From an uncultured bacterium (GTDB taxonomy: Bacteria; Oederibacteriota; JAAXVQ01; JAUVAV01): 64,000 bases of DNA. A program made the translations under genes and the position numbers. The notes beneath the pieces are model-generated. The model searched no databases. It was not told where the DNA came from and saw only the letters and a list, made by a program, of their open reading frames with translations. Position 1 is the stretch's first letter. Each line of letters opens with the position of its first letter. Positions 34,101 through 43,084 of this stretch are shown here, in pieces. Location of the stretch: the NCBI GenBank assembly GCA_963710755.1, contig CAVQBK010000006.1:144977-208976 (forward strand), given 5' to 3'.

Positions 34101-34986
34101 GATCAGGCGCCTGGCTTAAAAAATAGGTAAACTGTTTGGTAAGCAGCACGGCCAGTTTGATTCTTTCCAAAACCTGGTCATCCTCGATTTTGTGACCACT
34201 TTGATCAACCACGTCAATCAGATCTTCAACCCGTTTGTCATTGGTGGTGATGGCCACATGCTCAATGGCCAGCTCGTGCAGGCTCAGAGCATTACTCAGG
34301 GAATATAAAAACACGGGCGTGTCTTCCGAGGTTACGGCCAAACGCGTAAAGTCTCCTGCCTGATTGTCGATCGCAATACTTACCGGCAGTAAGTGCAGAC
34401 CGCCCCCGGCCTGCAAGGTGCGCAGCCGGTTGGCCACTTGTTCATTGACCAGATGTTTGGCTTTACTGCGGTCCTGATCACGGCCGCTTTCAAGCAGGAT
34501 AATCACTTGTTCCATTTGCTGACGCAGACGATCGGACCATGTTTGCAAGGGTTGCTCAACAGCCAGTGTGCCGGTGAAATGATCGATAATTTTACGTCGC
34601 GCCCAGGGCGGCAGATTCATCTTACCGGCATAGGTTTTGAATCGACGCCCCCCGGCCATGGACGGGGGTTGGCGTTTATAAGTGTGACTACCGCCGCTTA
34701 AAATCTCAAAGCCCATACCACTGAGCACCCCTGCAATTAGGGAGAAAACCGCCGGATAATCAAAAGAAAACAAGGTGACCGAAAGGCCCCCTTGCACCGA
34801 GGGTTGAACATCAATGGCCACGGGATGGCTGGACGACAGATGAGCCATTAGATTCAAGTGATGGGCTATGGTGGTATGCCCATAACTGTTGAAATAGCGG
34901 TCGTCCAGACGGTCCAAGTGTTGAACGATCCAGGCCTCGTTCAGATCAGGACAAAGGGCCTGCAGTTGAGCCAGCGTTGGTTTCAT
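31180..34986 (-). CDS. glnE: Glutamine synthetase adenylyltransferase/deadenylase with N-terminal ACT-like domains
   Basis: Two nucleotidyltransferase motifs (GLGKLGGAALGYASDIE; AFGKLGGQELNYSSDIDL), DLRLRPFG/DFRLRPYG, and a ~290-aa N-terminal extension with ACT-like segments. Confidence 0.92.
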   Translation of the reverse strand: MKPTLAQLQALCPDLNEAWIVQHLDRLDDRYFNSYGHTTIAHHLNLMAHLSSSHPVAIDVQPSVQGGLSVTLFSFDYPAVFSLIAGVLSGMGFEILSGGSHTYKRQPPSMAGGRRFKTYAGKMNLPPWARRKIIDHFTGTLAVEQPLQTWSDRLRQQMEQVIILLESGRDQDRSKAKHLVNEQVANRLRTLQAGGGLHLLPVSIAIDNQAGDFTRLAVTSEDTPVFLYSLSNALSLHELAIEHVAITTNDKRVEDLIDVVDQSGHKIEDDQVLERIKLAVLLTKQFTYFLSQAPDPYAALSRFEYLVEDIIQKHQQGKWVEFMSSPKLMQELAKLLGTSDYLWEDMIRQQYETLLPMLRPHVEGRPIVETTATLPDRLEAALEKAGSYEEQQEVLNDFKDREIFLFDLDHILSPQSDFKKLSEQLTFLAEVILKKTTQMVYLHLAGQYGHPRTVAGLRANYAVLGLGKLGGAALGYASDIEIMMVYSDTGETDGGKIITNAEFFDLLVKETVRFIRAKREGIFNLDLRLRPFGSDGPLASSLALFCDYFGQGGAAHAVEKLALVRMRPVAGDPDLGAQLERLRDEFIYASRDLDLKAVRELRQKQFEEKTRGGGINAKFSPGALVDLEYDVQLLQVIYGRDYPVLRTPRIQLALKGLYEVGVISHEEAEILIGAYGFFRNLINGLRILRGSAQDLFMPAPEALEYSHLARRLGYAVRQGLDPAKQLFVDFETHSAAVRAFVEKHFGRDSLPGQRPGNVADLILSETLTVENRMVILTQAGFTNPQRAEVNLRHLAGAEPLQKEKMAKLAVLAVDMLGQKADPDMALNNWERFVHQLDQPKAHFEAMLAQPMRLKILLDIFSTSQFLAEALIHHPDYLEWATDPQLLRNVKSREDYNGELKNQSQLREAEWLKAIRLFRRREFVRIGIRDICLKASLEDITLELSNLADALVGAALQHSWQALTEANQLPPVPWAAPHQHYCLLAFGKLGGQELNYSSDIDLVALYDDRVVDRLLYTGEAFNEDPFTLVTENSRAALSSYTDEGMVYRVDFRLRPYGIAGALVPSYTSMVEYYRHQAELSELQSLIKIRPVAGNLELGAAFIGEVQGLLTRGFERSQVKSSIEHMRNQALKKLDQAGQHSMDIKSGMGGIRDIEFLIQGLQLIYGHDHPHIFEGHTLKALAKLFKSHLIDGPAYSRLSEDYVYLRRLEHFLQIYEDRQVHTLPATGEALKILARRTLGHEGSVDHFLNDLHHRSQRVRSYYSKLLLEKD

Positions 34987-35145
34987 TTTATTATCCTTTT
35001 AGACATTTTAAGAATTGTAACCAATCCCCGGTCAGGCGCAAACAAAAAATCTTAATTAAAATAGGGTAGAAATTTGTTAGCCTCAATTTTACATGATATA
35101 TTTTGTACAGTTCTAATTTGAAACATATTCCTTAAAAGGCCTTTT

Positions 35146-38100
35146 ATGCAAAGCACTTTTCATAAAATAATAACTCTGCTGACAACCTTAACATTCCTAT
35201 CCCCTATTTTGGGCTGGTCCTTTGAACCAGGTCATTATACCGTACACGCTGGAAGCTTGTTCGAATTTCAATGGCGAGGGAAAGCCATCACCTTGCCTCA
35301 ACCATGGGGGGAAATTGAGAAAAGGTTTTCCGGCCAAGATAAGCTTATTATTCATATTCAGGATTTACACTGCAATCATGAAGTGCAAAAGAATATTGCG
35401 GAAATCATAGGCCATCTGGCCCAAAGTGTAGGGGCTAAAAAAGGTTCGCCCCTGCTGGTGGGAGAGGAAGGGTCCTTTAATACCGTTAATGTCGATCCCA
35501 TCCGCAGCTTCCCCATCCCGGAAATCCGCGAAGCTGTCAGTGATTATTTTGTTAAGCAAGGCAAGCTGACCGGTGCGGAATATTATGCCGCCACCGGTAA
35601 ATATCCCGTCCGTCTGGAAGGCATCGAAACGCCCAAGCTCTATAACGACAGCCTGGCTGCAGTCCGTTCTTTCCTGAATCCCGAGAGCCAAGGCTATATG
35701 ATGGATTTACGGGAAATGTTGAACAGCTTGAAACCAAGCATCTACAACCAGGAATTATCGGCCCTGGACCGGGCCCGCACCGACTACCGCGAGGGCAAGC
35801 TGGATGTTCTGGCCTATGCCACACGATTGACGAAATTCGCCTATCGCATTGTAGGGGCACGGCATGCCGTGCCCCTACGGCAATACCCCAATCTGGAAAA
35901 TTACCTGAATCTGGGCCATAAGCTGTTCGGTCCGGGTGTGGAGCCGGATCAATTATTCCATGAGATGGATGCATTGGATCAAGCTTTGCGGGAGAAGTTT
36001 TATACCAGCAACCTGCAGCATGAATTGGACGCCCAAACCCATCGCCTGGATGTGATTGAAAAATTGTTGAACATCTCCGCCACGCCGGAGGAATTACAGG
36101 AATTCAGGAACGGGCGGGAACAATTCCGGGTTGGGAAATTCGTGGAATTTTTTCAAACCGTAGGGAACGGTCCCCGGATGCTCGGGGCGCAGCGCGACCG
36201 TTCCCTAATTGATTCCGGCATCTATGCCCTTGACCATTATCTCACCGAGGTGGAAATATTTTACCGCCTCTCCGACCTCCGCAGTCATTCTTTTGTCACC
36301 AATTTACTAAATAAAATGAATGCCGGCCACCAAACTGTGGCTGTCATCATCACCGGCGGTTTTCATACGGACGGCCTGCTGGCCGGGCTCCATAAACAAG
36401 GCTTCGAATGTCTTTCCATCAAGCCGCGCCTGACCAAACAGGATGTGGCCAATCCCTATTTCTCTATTTTACAAGGCAAGAAACTGCCCCTGGAGAAACT
36501 GCTGGCCAAAAATCAAACCCTGCTGGCGCCGAGGGTATGGATGGAAAATGGGAATAATGGATTTGGACAAGTAGCTACAATATTACAAGCAGCACTAGCA
36601 ATGGCCGAAGGCATGCAAAAGCTGACACGCCCCTATCAAAAGCGACTAAAGATTTGGACTAAAAAACATAATTTGAAAAACACATTGCAGTTTTGGACGC
36701 CTGACCAAATAAAAAAACTGGGAATTAAGATGCCCAAAAATTGCACCCTATATATTGCACGGAGTTCGGCAAACAAAGTAAGACCCATAATTGTTGCTGA
36801 ATACCATACCCTGGCCGGTGGGATTAAAATTGCCAAGCAGGCTTCTTCTGCCAACGCCCGGAAAGCAAAACGTAACCTGGTAAAATTCAAAACCATGGCC
36901 ATCACTGTTGCGGAGGACATGCCCCAAGCTTATTTGCTGTTGCGCAGCATGCAGCGCTATGAACGAGGTGTGACATTCTCCCCCTTGCTTGAGGCGCCGT
37001 TTGAGATGTTTAAAAGTGCGATTAAAAACCCAGTAGTCTATTTTACGCAATTCCATCAAGCTGATACAGGCAAGTGGTGGCTCAGAACATTAGGTCTATC
37101 TCTCATGATGAGTCTGGCCCTGGTGCTGGTTGTAGTCGGCGCCTTTATCATGGGAGGCAAGTCAATCCGTCCAGCCTCTCAAAGGCGCTCGGCCAAGCAG
37201 ACATTGGACTGGATCGAACAGACTTTAAAAAACATTCATACTCTATGGAACCGTTATGTGCCTGCAGGCCAATTGCAAGAAAACCAAAATGCGACAATAA
37301 TTTCAATTTCTCGCTTAGTCGATCAGGGGAAATTGGATGAAGCAAATGAAGAAATCAAGCTAGTGGTAGAGCAAGAGATGGATTTTGTCAAGTATTGTCA
37401 TCCCGCCACATCAAGATACAAGCTTCCCATACCATGGTTGAAAGAATTCGGACTTAAGCATGTTTTTGATGAATCTCATCTTCGTAGGAACAATATCTAT
37501 TATTCCGAAGACGAGCTGCGGAAAATCCTGACGGCCAGTTTATATCTCGTTTCCGGTTATTATCTCAAAAGCGGGCCCGATATCTCGCACGTACAACCCA
37601 ATAGTTATGGACAAATCACTCAGCCTATTTCTCTTAAGAATTTAAAAGAAGTTCAAGCGTTTCACACGGCTGCAAAGGCAACAAAGTATGTTGATCCAAG
37701 TCCAACTTCTGGCAAAGTTTATATTGGTAAATTTCCGGTTGGTGGTATTGCGAATGAGTTGCTTGGCCAAGGTTGGTTTCACCTGTTGGGTTTTTCAACA
37801 GTCGATATGAAATATTTACCTGATTCTTCATCTCTCATATCCGAATGGGTCGAAAACACCGTCACACTTCAAGCTTATATCACAAAGACTTTGGTAAATT
37901 CTTTTTTGTTCAAACCTGAAATAATTGCGTCAAACCTACTGCCCGATTCATTCCGCAAGGTTATTGAGGAATCAAAACTGGCTGATGTTGTCATTCAGCT
38001 CACGGATGATCATCTTCAAAATATATTACTTAAAGTTGATCACCATGGGCAGTTGTTACCCTTCCCGCCAATTTTTTTAGACCGGGGAAATTGTTTTGGT

Positions 38101-41100
38101 TTTCATGTTGATCCGTTAACAGGAGAATCTCTGGTTCAAGGAACGTATAGAGGCGCCTTTGAAGAAGAAAGTCTAACCAGCGGTATGGATACTGGACATT
38201 ACTTAAGAGGCGAGCAAACATTTCATCTTTTTGCGAGACGGGAAAACATGCAGGAAATGGCGGATCGTATTGCCCAAGTTACAGAAGAGCAAATCGCCAA
38301 TCTGATCGCCGGTGTCATGAGAGAGATGGGGACTGACTATCCCTCCGATCCACAGTTCCAGCCCGAAACACTAAAAACAAACTGGATGGATGCTATAGCC
38401 ACTGTAAAAAAAGTATTTGATATCGACACAACACCAGTCGTCGAAAACCCTTACGGCAAAAAGTCAGTCACCTACACTCGAAATCATGCTCCCAAGCCTC
38501 CATCATCCGGTGCCTTCAAGTTCTGGGAAAAGGTCGGCCTATCCCAGGCCTGGGCCGGGAGGATTGAAGGGTTTACGGGCGCTCTGGGGTTCCTGCTCTG
38601 GCTCGTCCATGCCGGGCTTACCACCGCCCCGCCGGACTGGCTTGCCTGGATGAATCCCTTGGCCTACCATTTGCTCATCCCTACGGCTGTGGTTTGGCTG
38701 GCTTTTTATCTGGGCCATCTTATCTTTGGCATTTACGGCGAGAACCCCGCTGACTTACAAGCAAGCGCCCTCAATGCCTGGAAAGCCACCAACCTGGCTG
38801 CCGGGGCTACTTTGCTCTTCCCTGCCGTGGTGGCTGGTCTCATGGCTTCGCAGTGGCTGGCACCGCTCGGACTAGCTCTAAGTGCGGCTATTATTCTCGC
38901 TGCCCTGGCCAGCGGCTGGCTGCATGGAGAAGTTAATCAACCATCATTGCAACTCTCCCACTGGCTAGGTAATTATCATGAAAAACTTAAGAAATATTCT
39001 GTACTTCATAAAACTGTTCCCAACACGAATAGGAGGGTGTCCGGCTCTAATTCCGCTGAACCTCCGACTACGCTGGAGGCTATCTACAAGCGTATCTTAG
39101 CAGTAAACGTTAACATCTCCAAAGACCAAAAAGAAAAAAAGGATAAATCGGCAATCCTCTGGTTGGCGTACAACAGGCTACGAGACGGTAAAATCATGAG
39201 TGCGTTGGCGAGTAAATTCAACCAAGATCCTAATCCTGACTACTTGATTGAATATATTGAGGATCAAGAGCATATCCAGGGCTATGTGGTATTCTCCCAG
39301 GACCAGCCAGGCCAGGCAAGGGATACCCGTTCAGTCTACGTAGAATTATTGGCTATCGACCCCCGTGATTTTGGCACAGGGGTTTCACAAAATTTAATGC
39401 AGCGAGTTATAGACTATGCAAGACGTCATCATTTTAAAACGGTGATCGTACGCACCCTGAAGATAAATGAAAAACTTAATCGTTTTTATAAAGGACTTGA
39501 CCAAAAAATATCTAATATCAGCGTAGACGGACCCCGGGATGCCTTTGACGACCCTAATGCAGTGCAATATACCTATTTTTTATCGGACAAAAGTAGTTCC
39601 GATACCTTGCATAGCAAATTACTAAGAAATAGGTCCGTGATAGTTTCAAAGGGACTGGCACCTGTTAAACTGGCTTTCAGCATAGCCATCTTACTTGCCC
39701 CCCTGGCCAGCGGCTGGCTGCATGGAAAATCGAATGAGCTGTTATCCTCCAAAAAAATGTTCCGATGGATAGCACCAATTGGCTTAAGGTCGACCCTAGA
39801 GGACTTGGCCATGTTAAGACCTATTGCCGGATTAGCAAAGTTTTTGTCAGCATGGAAAAATCTTGTCTATTTATTTTTTCCGGAAACTATAAAAATCAAG
39901 AACCCTAAGCTTGTCGAGCTTTATTTGAGATGCCTGCCTGAAGCCACACCCTATTCAGTACAATTTTCGGAAGATCATTCCTGGCAAGTGTCACTTTATA
40001 AAAGCATTGCTTCCTGGCGAACGGACAGGCGGTATTTAGCTTTTAAGCGAGAAAGTGCCGGGGGTGTTTACTGGCATGACATCGACGAGCGTACAACATC
40101 AGCCAATCCGGAAAGGGCACGTTTAACAATTAAAAACAAACGGCGAGCACAAAGAGAGGCAGTTGATTTTTTTTCAAGAAAAGCCAAAAACACTATTTCG
40201 GAAAGAAATGAGCGAACAAGGGCGTTGGTGCTTGGACCAGGCCGCAGCCTGACTGAGCCGCTTGCATTATTAGAGGAATTTCCGGAAATAAGCGAAATGA
40301 TTTTGATCGATTATGCTGACATCAATATCCTTCCGCTTTATCAGGAATTAAGCGCGCTACCTGAAGAAACGCGCAGGAAATTCCGCCTTGAACATACACC
40401 ATTTTTAAACAACGCTTTGCCCACTGGATTTTTCGACTTGATCTATTCTCGGGACACCCTCCGTAGTGACATGTTTTATAATGAATTGCCCAGTGTTTGG
40501 CATGAAATCAACCGTTTGCTGAAAGAAGCGGGATTATTTTTCGGAACTGGAGATGCACCTGCGTTCGATAATTCACTTTTACCAAATTATGGTCTTAACG
40601 TTCTTTTTGAAGTTGAAGGATCACCGTGGCTGGTGTTGGAGAAACCGAAGGGGAAAATCCCCAATACTGAAAAGCCGGTAACTGTCACCGAATCCCAACC
40701 ATTAAATCTGCCAGGCGCGGCCGCGGCCGCGCTTTTGTCCGGATTGTTGGCCATGCTGGCGCTCTCAATCCCAGGATTGAATATGGCGCTAAGCGGATTT
40801 TTCTTGTGGAACCTGGTAAAAGCCGGATGGATGGCAGGGCAATTGGCAAAACGGCATGGCTGGAACATGTTCCGCCACCTTGGCCAGAATGTGGGCGCCT
40901 ACAACCCGCTACTAAGCGTCATGGTGGATCCGGAACATCCCAGCGAGGCCATTATGGAAGCGCCGTTCTTTGTGCGAGCCCATGAGCAAGTCGCGCACCG
41001 CTGGGCGCAGATCATAGTGGATTGGATTCTGAAGCAGAGCAACGGCCAATCCTTGTCTCACTATGCCGAGGTCGCGCAAGCCGCCCAAGTCCAAGGCCAA

Positions 41101-42987
41101 CGTGGGCCTTGGCAATATTACTTGTGGAATGTTTTGCTTGGCGAAATCCTGGCTCACGGCCTTGACAGCGTGGGGGCAATGGTTATGGGGTTGCGTGGGA
41201 AGATGCCAGACACCCTATTGACCCATATCCCCCCTACTGATATTTCTTTTCATTTTTCCAAACTGCCCGCTCCTCCGGAAATAAAATCCGCTGTGGCTGT
41301 CCGTGTCGACGGCGCCAGGAAAGCCGCAGGCCGGGTGCTGCGGGTTGATCCGGCCCAGGCCGTGCTTGAGCTATGGCATGACCCCGGCATGCTCGGGTAT
41401 GACTTCACTAAATATTCAGCCGGAACTCCCTCACCTGGCTCGGAGGTTAGTTTTCGCCGTGCCTCCGGCAAGACCATTCAAGAGATCATGGAATCAGAAC
41501 CTGAGGCGATTGCCGCCGTCAACGGTCAAACCGATAATATGTGGTGCACCAACAGCCTGATGGTCGTGAACGGCGAAGTCATCGAGCGTTCTGCTCCAGG
41601 GGTCAGAACTGATAGGTTCATTGAACCTGAAGGTATTTTTTCATTTTTCGTCTTAGACCCGGGTCAAGTCGGGATTCAGGAAGTGGAATTCAAGAATGGA
41701 CGGCCGGTTAAGCCACTGACATTTAGAAATGGTTTAGCTTGCCCGCCCTTGATTCAGAATCACGAGTTGCAAAAGAAGATCCGGCAAAGTCAACCCAACA
41801 CGCGTCCCAATGAAGTGCTTTGGGACCCAGAGAGAACCCAATTTTCCGCTTCTGCTATTGGCAAGGATGACCATGGCAATGTTTGCCTCATCACTCTGCT
41901 GGGTGATCCTGATCAGGGAAATGAAATCCGTTTACAAGATGTAATCGACTTGGGGCAACAAATGAACCTTGCGGACATGTCGATTTTAGGAGTCAGCGGT
42001 GATGCCCAGCAGTCCTTGGTTGGCGTGGAAAATCCTAACTTAATCGCCAGGGCCCGTGCCGGATCTTCCATGGCCGTTTATGTGAATGGCCGGCCATTGA
42101 GCAGTGCAATTTTGGTAAAAAGCAGGAGAACAATTTTTAACTCTGATCAATTGAGTAGAAAAAGCGAGGAAGGCCATGGGTCTAAAGCGAAAGTACCAAC
42201 CGCCGAATCTGCTCAAGTTGCCACCTACCGCATCGCCTTTGCCGATGGACAAGCCGAGATCACGGTGGAAAATGATCCCTTCCACGGCGCTTTGAATGCT
42301 CTGCTCCGCGAATCCATGCCGGGCTATTTTAGTCGGGACCGGGCCGAGGCTGCAGCTATTGGCCGCGAAGACCGGCCGCAGCAATTTGACCTCGCCTGGG
42401 ATTCTCATTTGGGCGTGATTCATTTCCTTTTCAATTTGTTTTCGGGTAACTTTATAACGTCGGACCAAGAACCAACCATTCATTTGCCTGCCAACCTGGT
42501 TGACTGGTATACCCGGCCGGGATGGAAACACAGGTTAGCAAAAATCTTGCTCAAGGCGATTATTGCATTCAGCGGTTGGCAGCGGTATGAGGTCATGGCC
42601 CGCTGGAAGAGAATCATTAACCGCCACCAGCAAGCGGGCGATGACATGAAAATTGCGGCCCAACTCCTGAAGCGGCAGGTGTTCACTCATGTCGGCCTAT
42701 CGACATCAGCGCTTTTGCTGGCAAGCTATGAAGCTTTGGTTGTATCCCCAACGGATGAAAAGGAATTGATGGCACGGCTGAAACTACTGCATGAGATGAA
42801 GCCGTTCGGTTTTAAGACCATTCGAGTCGCCCTACCCTCAGGTCAACTTCTGGCCTTGCCTGTGCCGGCAAAGGTTGATTTGATGCAGGCGATTATTCGA
42901 CAATTAAGAAGCAGTGGAATAAAGGCCTTTGATCACCAGCCTGCACGGCCAATACGACGATTGCATCGTTTCCTGTCCTCGGCATAG
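35146..42987 (+). CDS. Giant (2613-aa) modular exported/membrane protein with kinase-like, GNAT, class I SAM-methyltransferase and phosphodiester-glycosidase-like domains
   Basis: Uninterrupted 7.8-kb ORF; signal peptide; IHIQDLHCNHEVQKNI N-terminal domain; NELLG...DDHLQNILL...LDRG; VELLAIDPRDFGTGVSQNLM...N...RFY; LVLGPGRS...FDLIYS...RLLKEAG; AAVNG...SASAIGKD. Confidence 0.9.
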   Translation: MQSTFHKIITLLTTLTFLSPILGWSFEPGHYTVHAGSLFEFQWRGKAITLPQPWGEIEKRFSGQDKLIIHIQDLHCNHEVQKNIAEIIGHLAQSVGAKKGSPLLVGEEGSFNTVNVDPIRSFPIPEIREAVSDYFVKQGKLTGAEYYAATGKYPVRLEGIETPKLYNDSLAAVRSFLNPESQGYMMDLREMLNSLKPSIYNQELSALDRARTDYREGKLDVLAYATRLTKFAYRIVGARHAVPLRQYPNLENYLNLGHKLFGPGVEPDQLFHEMDALDQALREKFYTSNLQHELDAQTHRLDVIEKLLNISATPEELQEFRNGREQFRVGKFVEFFQTVGNGPRMLGAQRDRSLIDSGIYALDHYLTEVEIFYRLSDLRSHSFVTNLLNKMNAGHQTVAVIITGGFHTDGLLAGLHKQGFECLSIKPRLTKQDVANPYFSILQGKKLPLEKLLAKNQTLLAPRVWMENGNNGFGQVATILQAALAMAEGMQKLTRPYQKRLKIWTKKHNLKNTLQFWTPDQIKKLGIKMPKNCTLYIARSSANKVRPIIVAEYHTLAGGIKIAKQASSANARKAKRNLVKFKTMAITVAEDMPQAYLLLRSMQRYERGVTFSPLLEAPFEMFKSAIKNPVVYFTQFHQADTGKWWLRTLGLSLMMSLALVLVVVGAFIMGGKSIRPASQRRSAKQTLDWIEQTLKNIHTLWNRYVPAGQLQENQNATIISISRLVDQGKLDEANEEIKLVVEQEMDFVKYCHPATSRYKLPIPWLKEFGLKHVFDESHLRRNNIYYSEDELRKILTASLYLVSGYYLKSGPDISHVQPNSYGQITQPISLKNLKEVQAFHTAAKATKYVDPSPTSGKVYIGKFPVGGIANELLGQGWFHLLGFSTVDMKYLPDSSSLISEWVENTVTLQAYITKTLVNSFLFKPEIIASNLLPDSFRKVIEESKLADVVIQLTDDHLQNILLKVDHHGQLLPFPPIFLDRGNCFGFHVDPLTGESLVQGTYRGAFEEESLTSGMDTGHYLRGEQTFHLFARRENMQEMADRIAQVTEEQIANLIAGVMREMGTDYPSDPQFQPETLKTNWMDAIATVKKVFDIDTTPVVENPYGKKSVTYTRNHAPKPPSSGAFKFWEKVGLSQAWAGRIEGFTGALGFLLWLVHAGLTTAPPDWLAWMNPLAYHLLIPTAVVWLAFYLGHLIFGIYGENPADLQASALNAWKATNLAAGATLLFPAVVAGLMASQWLAPLGLALSAAIILAALASGWLHGEVNQPSLQLSHWLGNYHEKLKKYSVLHKTVPNTNRRVSGSNSAEPPTTLEAIYKRILAVNVNISKDQKEKKDKSAILWLAYNRLRDGKIMSALASKFNQDPNPDYLIEYIEDQEHIQGYVVFSQDQPGQARDTRSVYVELLAIDPRDFGTGVSQNLMQRVIDYARRHHFKTVIVRTLKINEKLNRFYKGLDQKISNISVDGPRDAFDDPNAVQYTYFLSDKSSSDTLHSKLLRNRSVIVSKGLAPVKLAFSIAILLAPLASGWLHGKSNELLSSKKMFRWIAPIGLRSTLEDLAMLRPIAGLAKFLSAWKNLVYLFFPETIKIKNPKLVELYLRCLPEATPYSVQFSEDHSWQVSLYKSIASWRTDRRYLAFKRESAGGVYWHDIDERTTSANPERARLTIKNKRRAQREAVDFFSRKAKNTISERNERTRALVLGPGRSLTEPLALLEEFPEISEMILIDYADINILPLYQELSALPEETRRKFRLEHTPFLNNALPTGFFDLIYSRDTLRSDMFYNELPSVWHEINRLLKEAGLFFGTGDAPAFDNSLLPNYGLNVLFEVEGSPWLVLEKPKGKIPNTEKPVTVTESQPLNLPGAAAAALLSGLLAMLALSIPGLNMALSGFFLWNLVKAGWMAGQLAKRHGWNMFRHLGQNVGAYNPLLSVMVDPEHPSEAIMEAPFFVRAHEQVAHRWAQIIVDWILKQSNGQSLSHYAEVAQAAQVQGQRGPWQYYLWNVLLGEILAHGLDSVGAMVMGLRGKMPDTLLTHIPPTDISFHFSKLPAPPEIKSAVAVRVDGARKAAGRVLRVDPAQAVLELWHDPGMLGYDFTKYSAGTPSPGSEVSFRRASGKTIQEIMESEPEAIAAVNGQTDNMWCTNSLMVVNGEVIERSAPGVRTDRFIEPEGIFSFFVLDPGQVGIQEVEFKNGRPVKPLTFRNGLACPPLIQNHELQKKIRQSQPNTRPNEVLWDPERTQFSASAIGKDDHGNVCLITLLGDPDQGNEIRLQDVIDLGQQMNLADMSILGVSGDAQQSLVGVENPNLIARARAGSSMAVYVNGRPLSSAILVKSRRTIFNSDQLSRKSEEGHGSKAKVPTAESAQVATYRIAFADGQAEITVENDPFHGALNALLRESMPGYFSRDRAEAAAIGREDRPQQFDLAWDSHLGVIHFLFNLFSGNFITSDQEPTIHLPANLVDWYTRPGWKHRLAKILLKAIIAFSGWQRYEVMARWKRIINRHQQAGDDMKIAAQLLKRQVFTHVGLSTSALLLASYEALVVSPTDEKELMARLKLLHEMKPFGFKTIRVALPSGQLLALPVPAKVDLMQAIIRQLRSSGIKAFDHQPARPIRRLHRFLSSA
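35428..35455. repeat. REP-like palindrome inside the giant CDS (in frame, VGAKKGSPL)
   Basis: GTAGGGGCTAAAAAAGGTTCGCCCCTGC, 28 nt. Confidence 0.65.
35851..35878. repeat. Perfect REP palindrome inside the giant CDS (in frame, VGARHAVPL)
   Basis: GTAGGGGCACGGCATGCCGTGCCCCTAC, perfect 28-nt palindrome. Confidence 0.88.
36160..36207. repeat. Expanded REP palindrome inside the giant CDS (in frame, VGNGPRMLGAQRDRSL)
   Basis: GTAGGGAACGGTC...GACCGTTCCCTA arms match the 11745 copy; an internal CCCCG/CGGGG hairpin lies between them. Confidence 0.75.
38903..39726 (+). repeat. 26-bp perfect direct repeats flanking the GNAT module
   Basis: CCCTGGCCAGCGGCTGGCTGCATGGA at 38903-38928 and 39701-39726, 798 bp (266 codons) apart. 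Confidence 0.9.
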
Positions 42988-43013
42988 TCATGGCACGCTA
43001 ATCCCGCGGGATC

Positions 43014-43053
43014 AAAAAAAAGGCTTCCCGGCTAAAACCGGAAAGCCTTTTTT
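43014..43053. terminator. Bidirectional intrinsic terminator between the giant gene and glnA
   Basis: A-tract, AGGCTTCCCGG-ctaaaa-CCGGAAAGCCT hairpin, T-tract, between convergent genes. Confidence 0.88.
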
Positions 43054-43084
43054 ATTTAACGATTTAGAAAGAATGATGTCCTGA

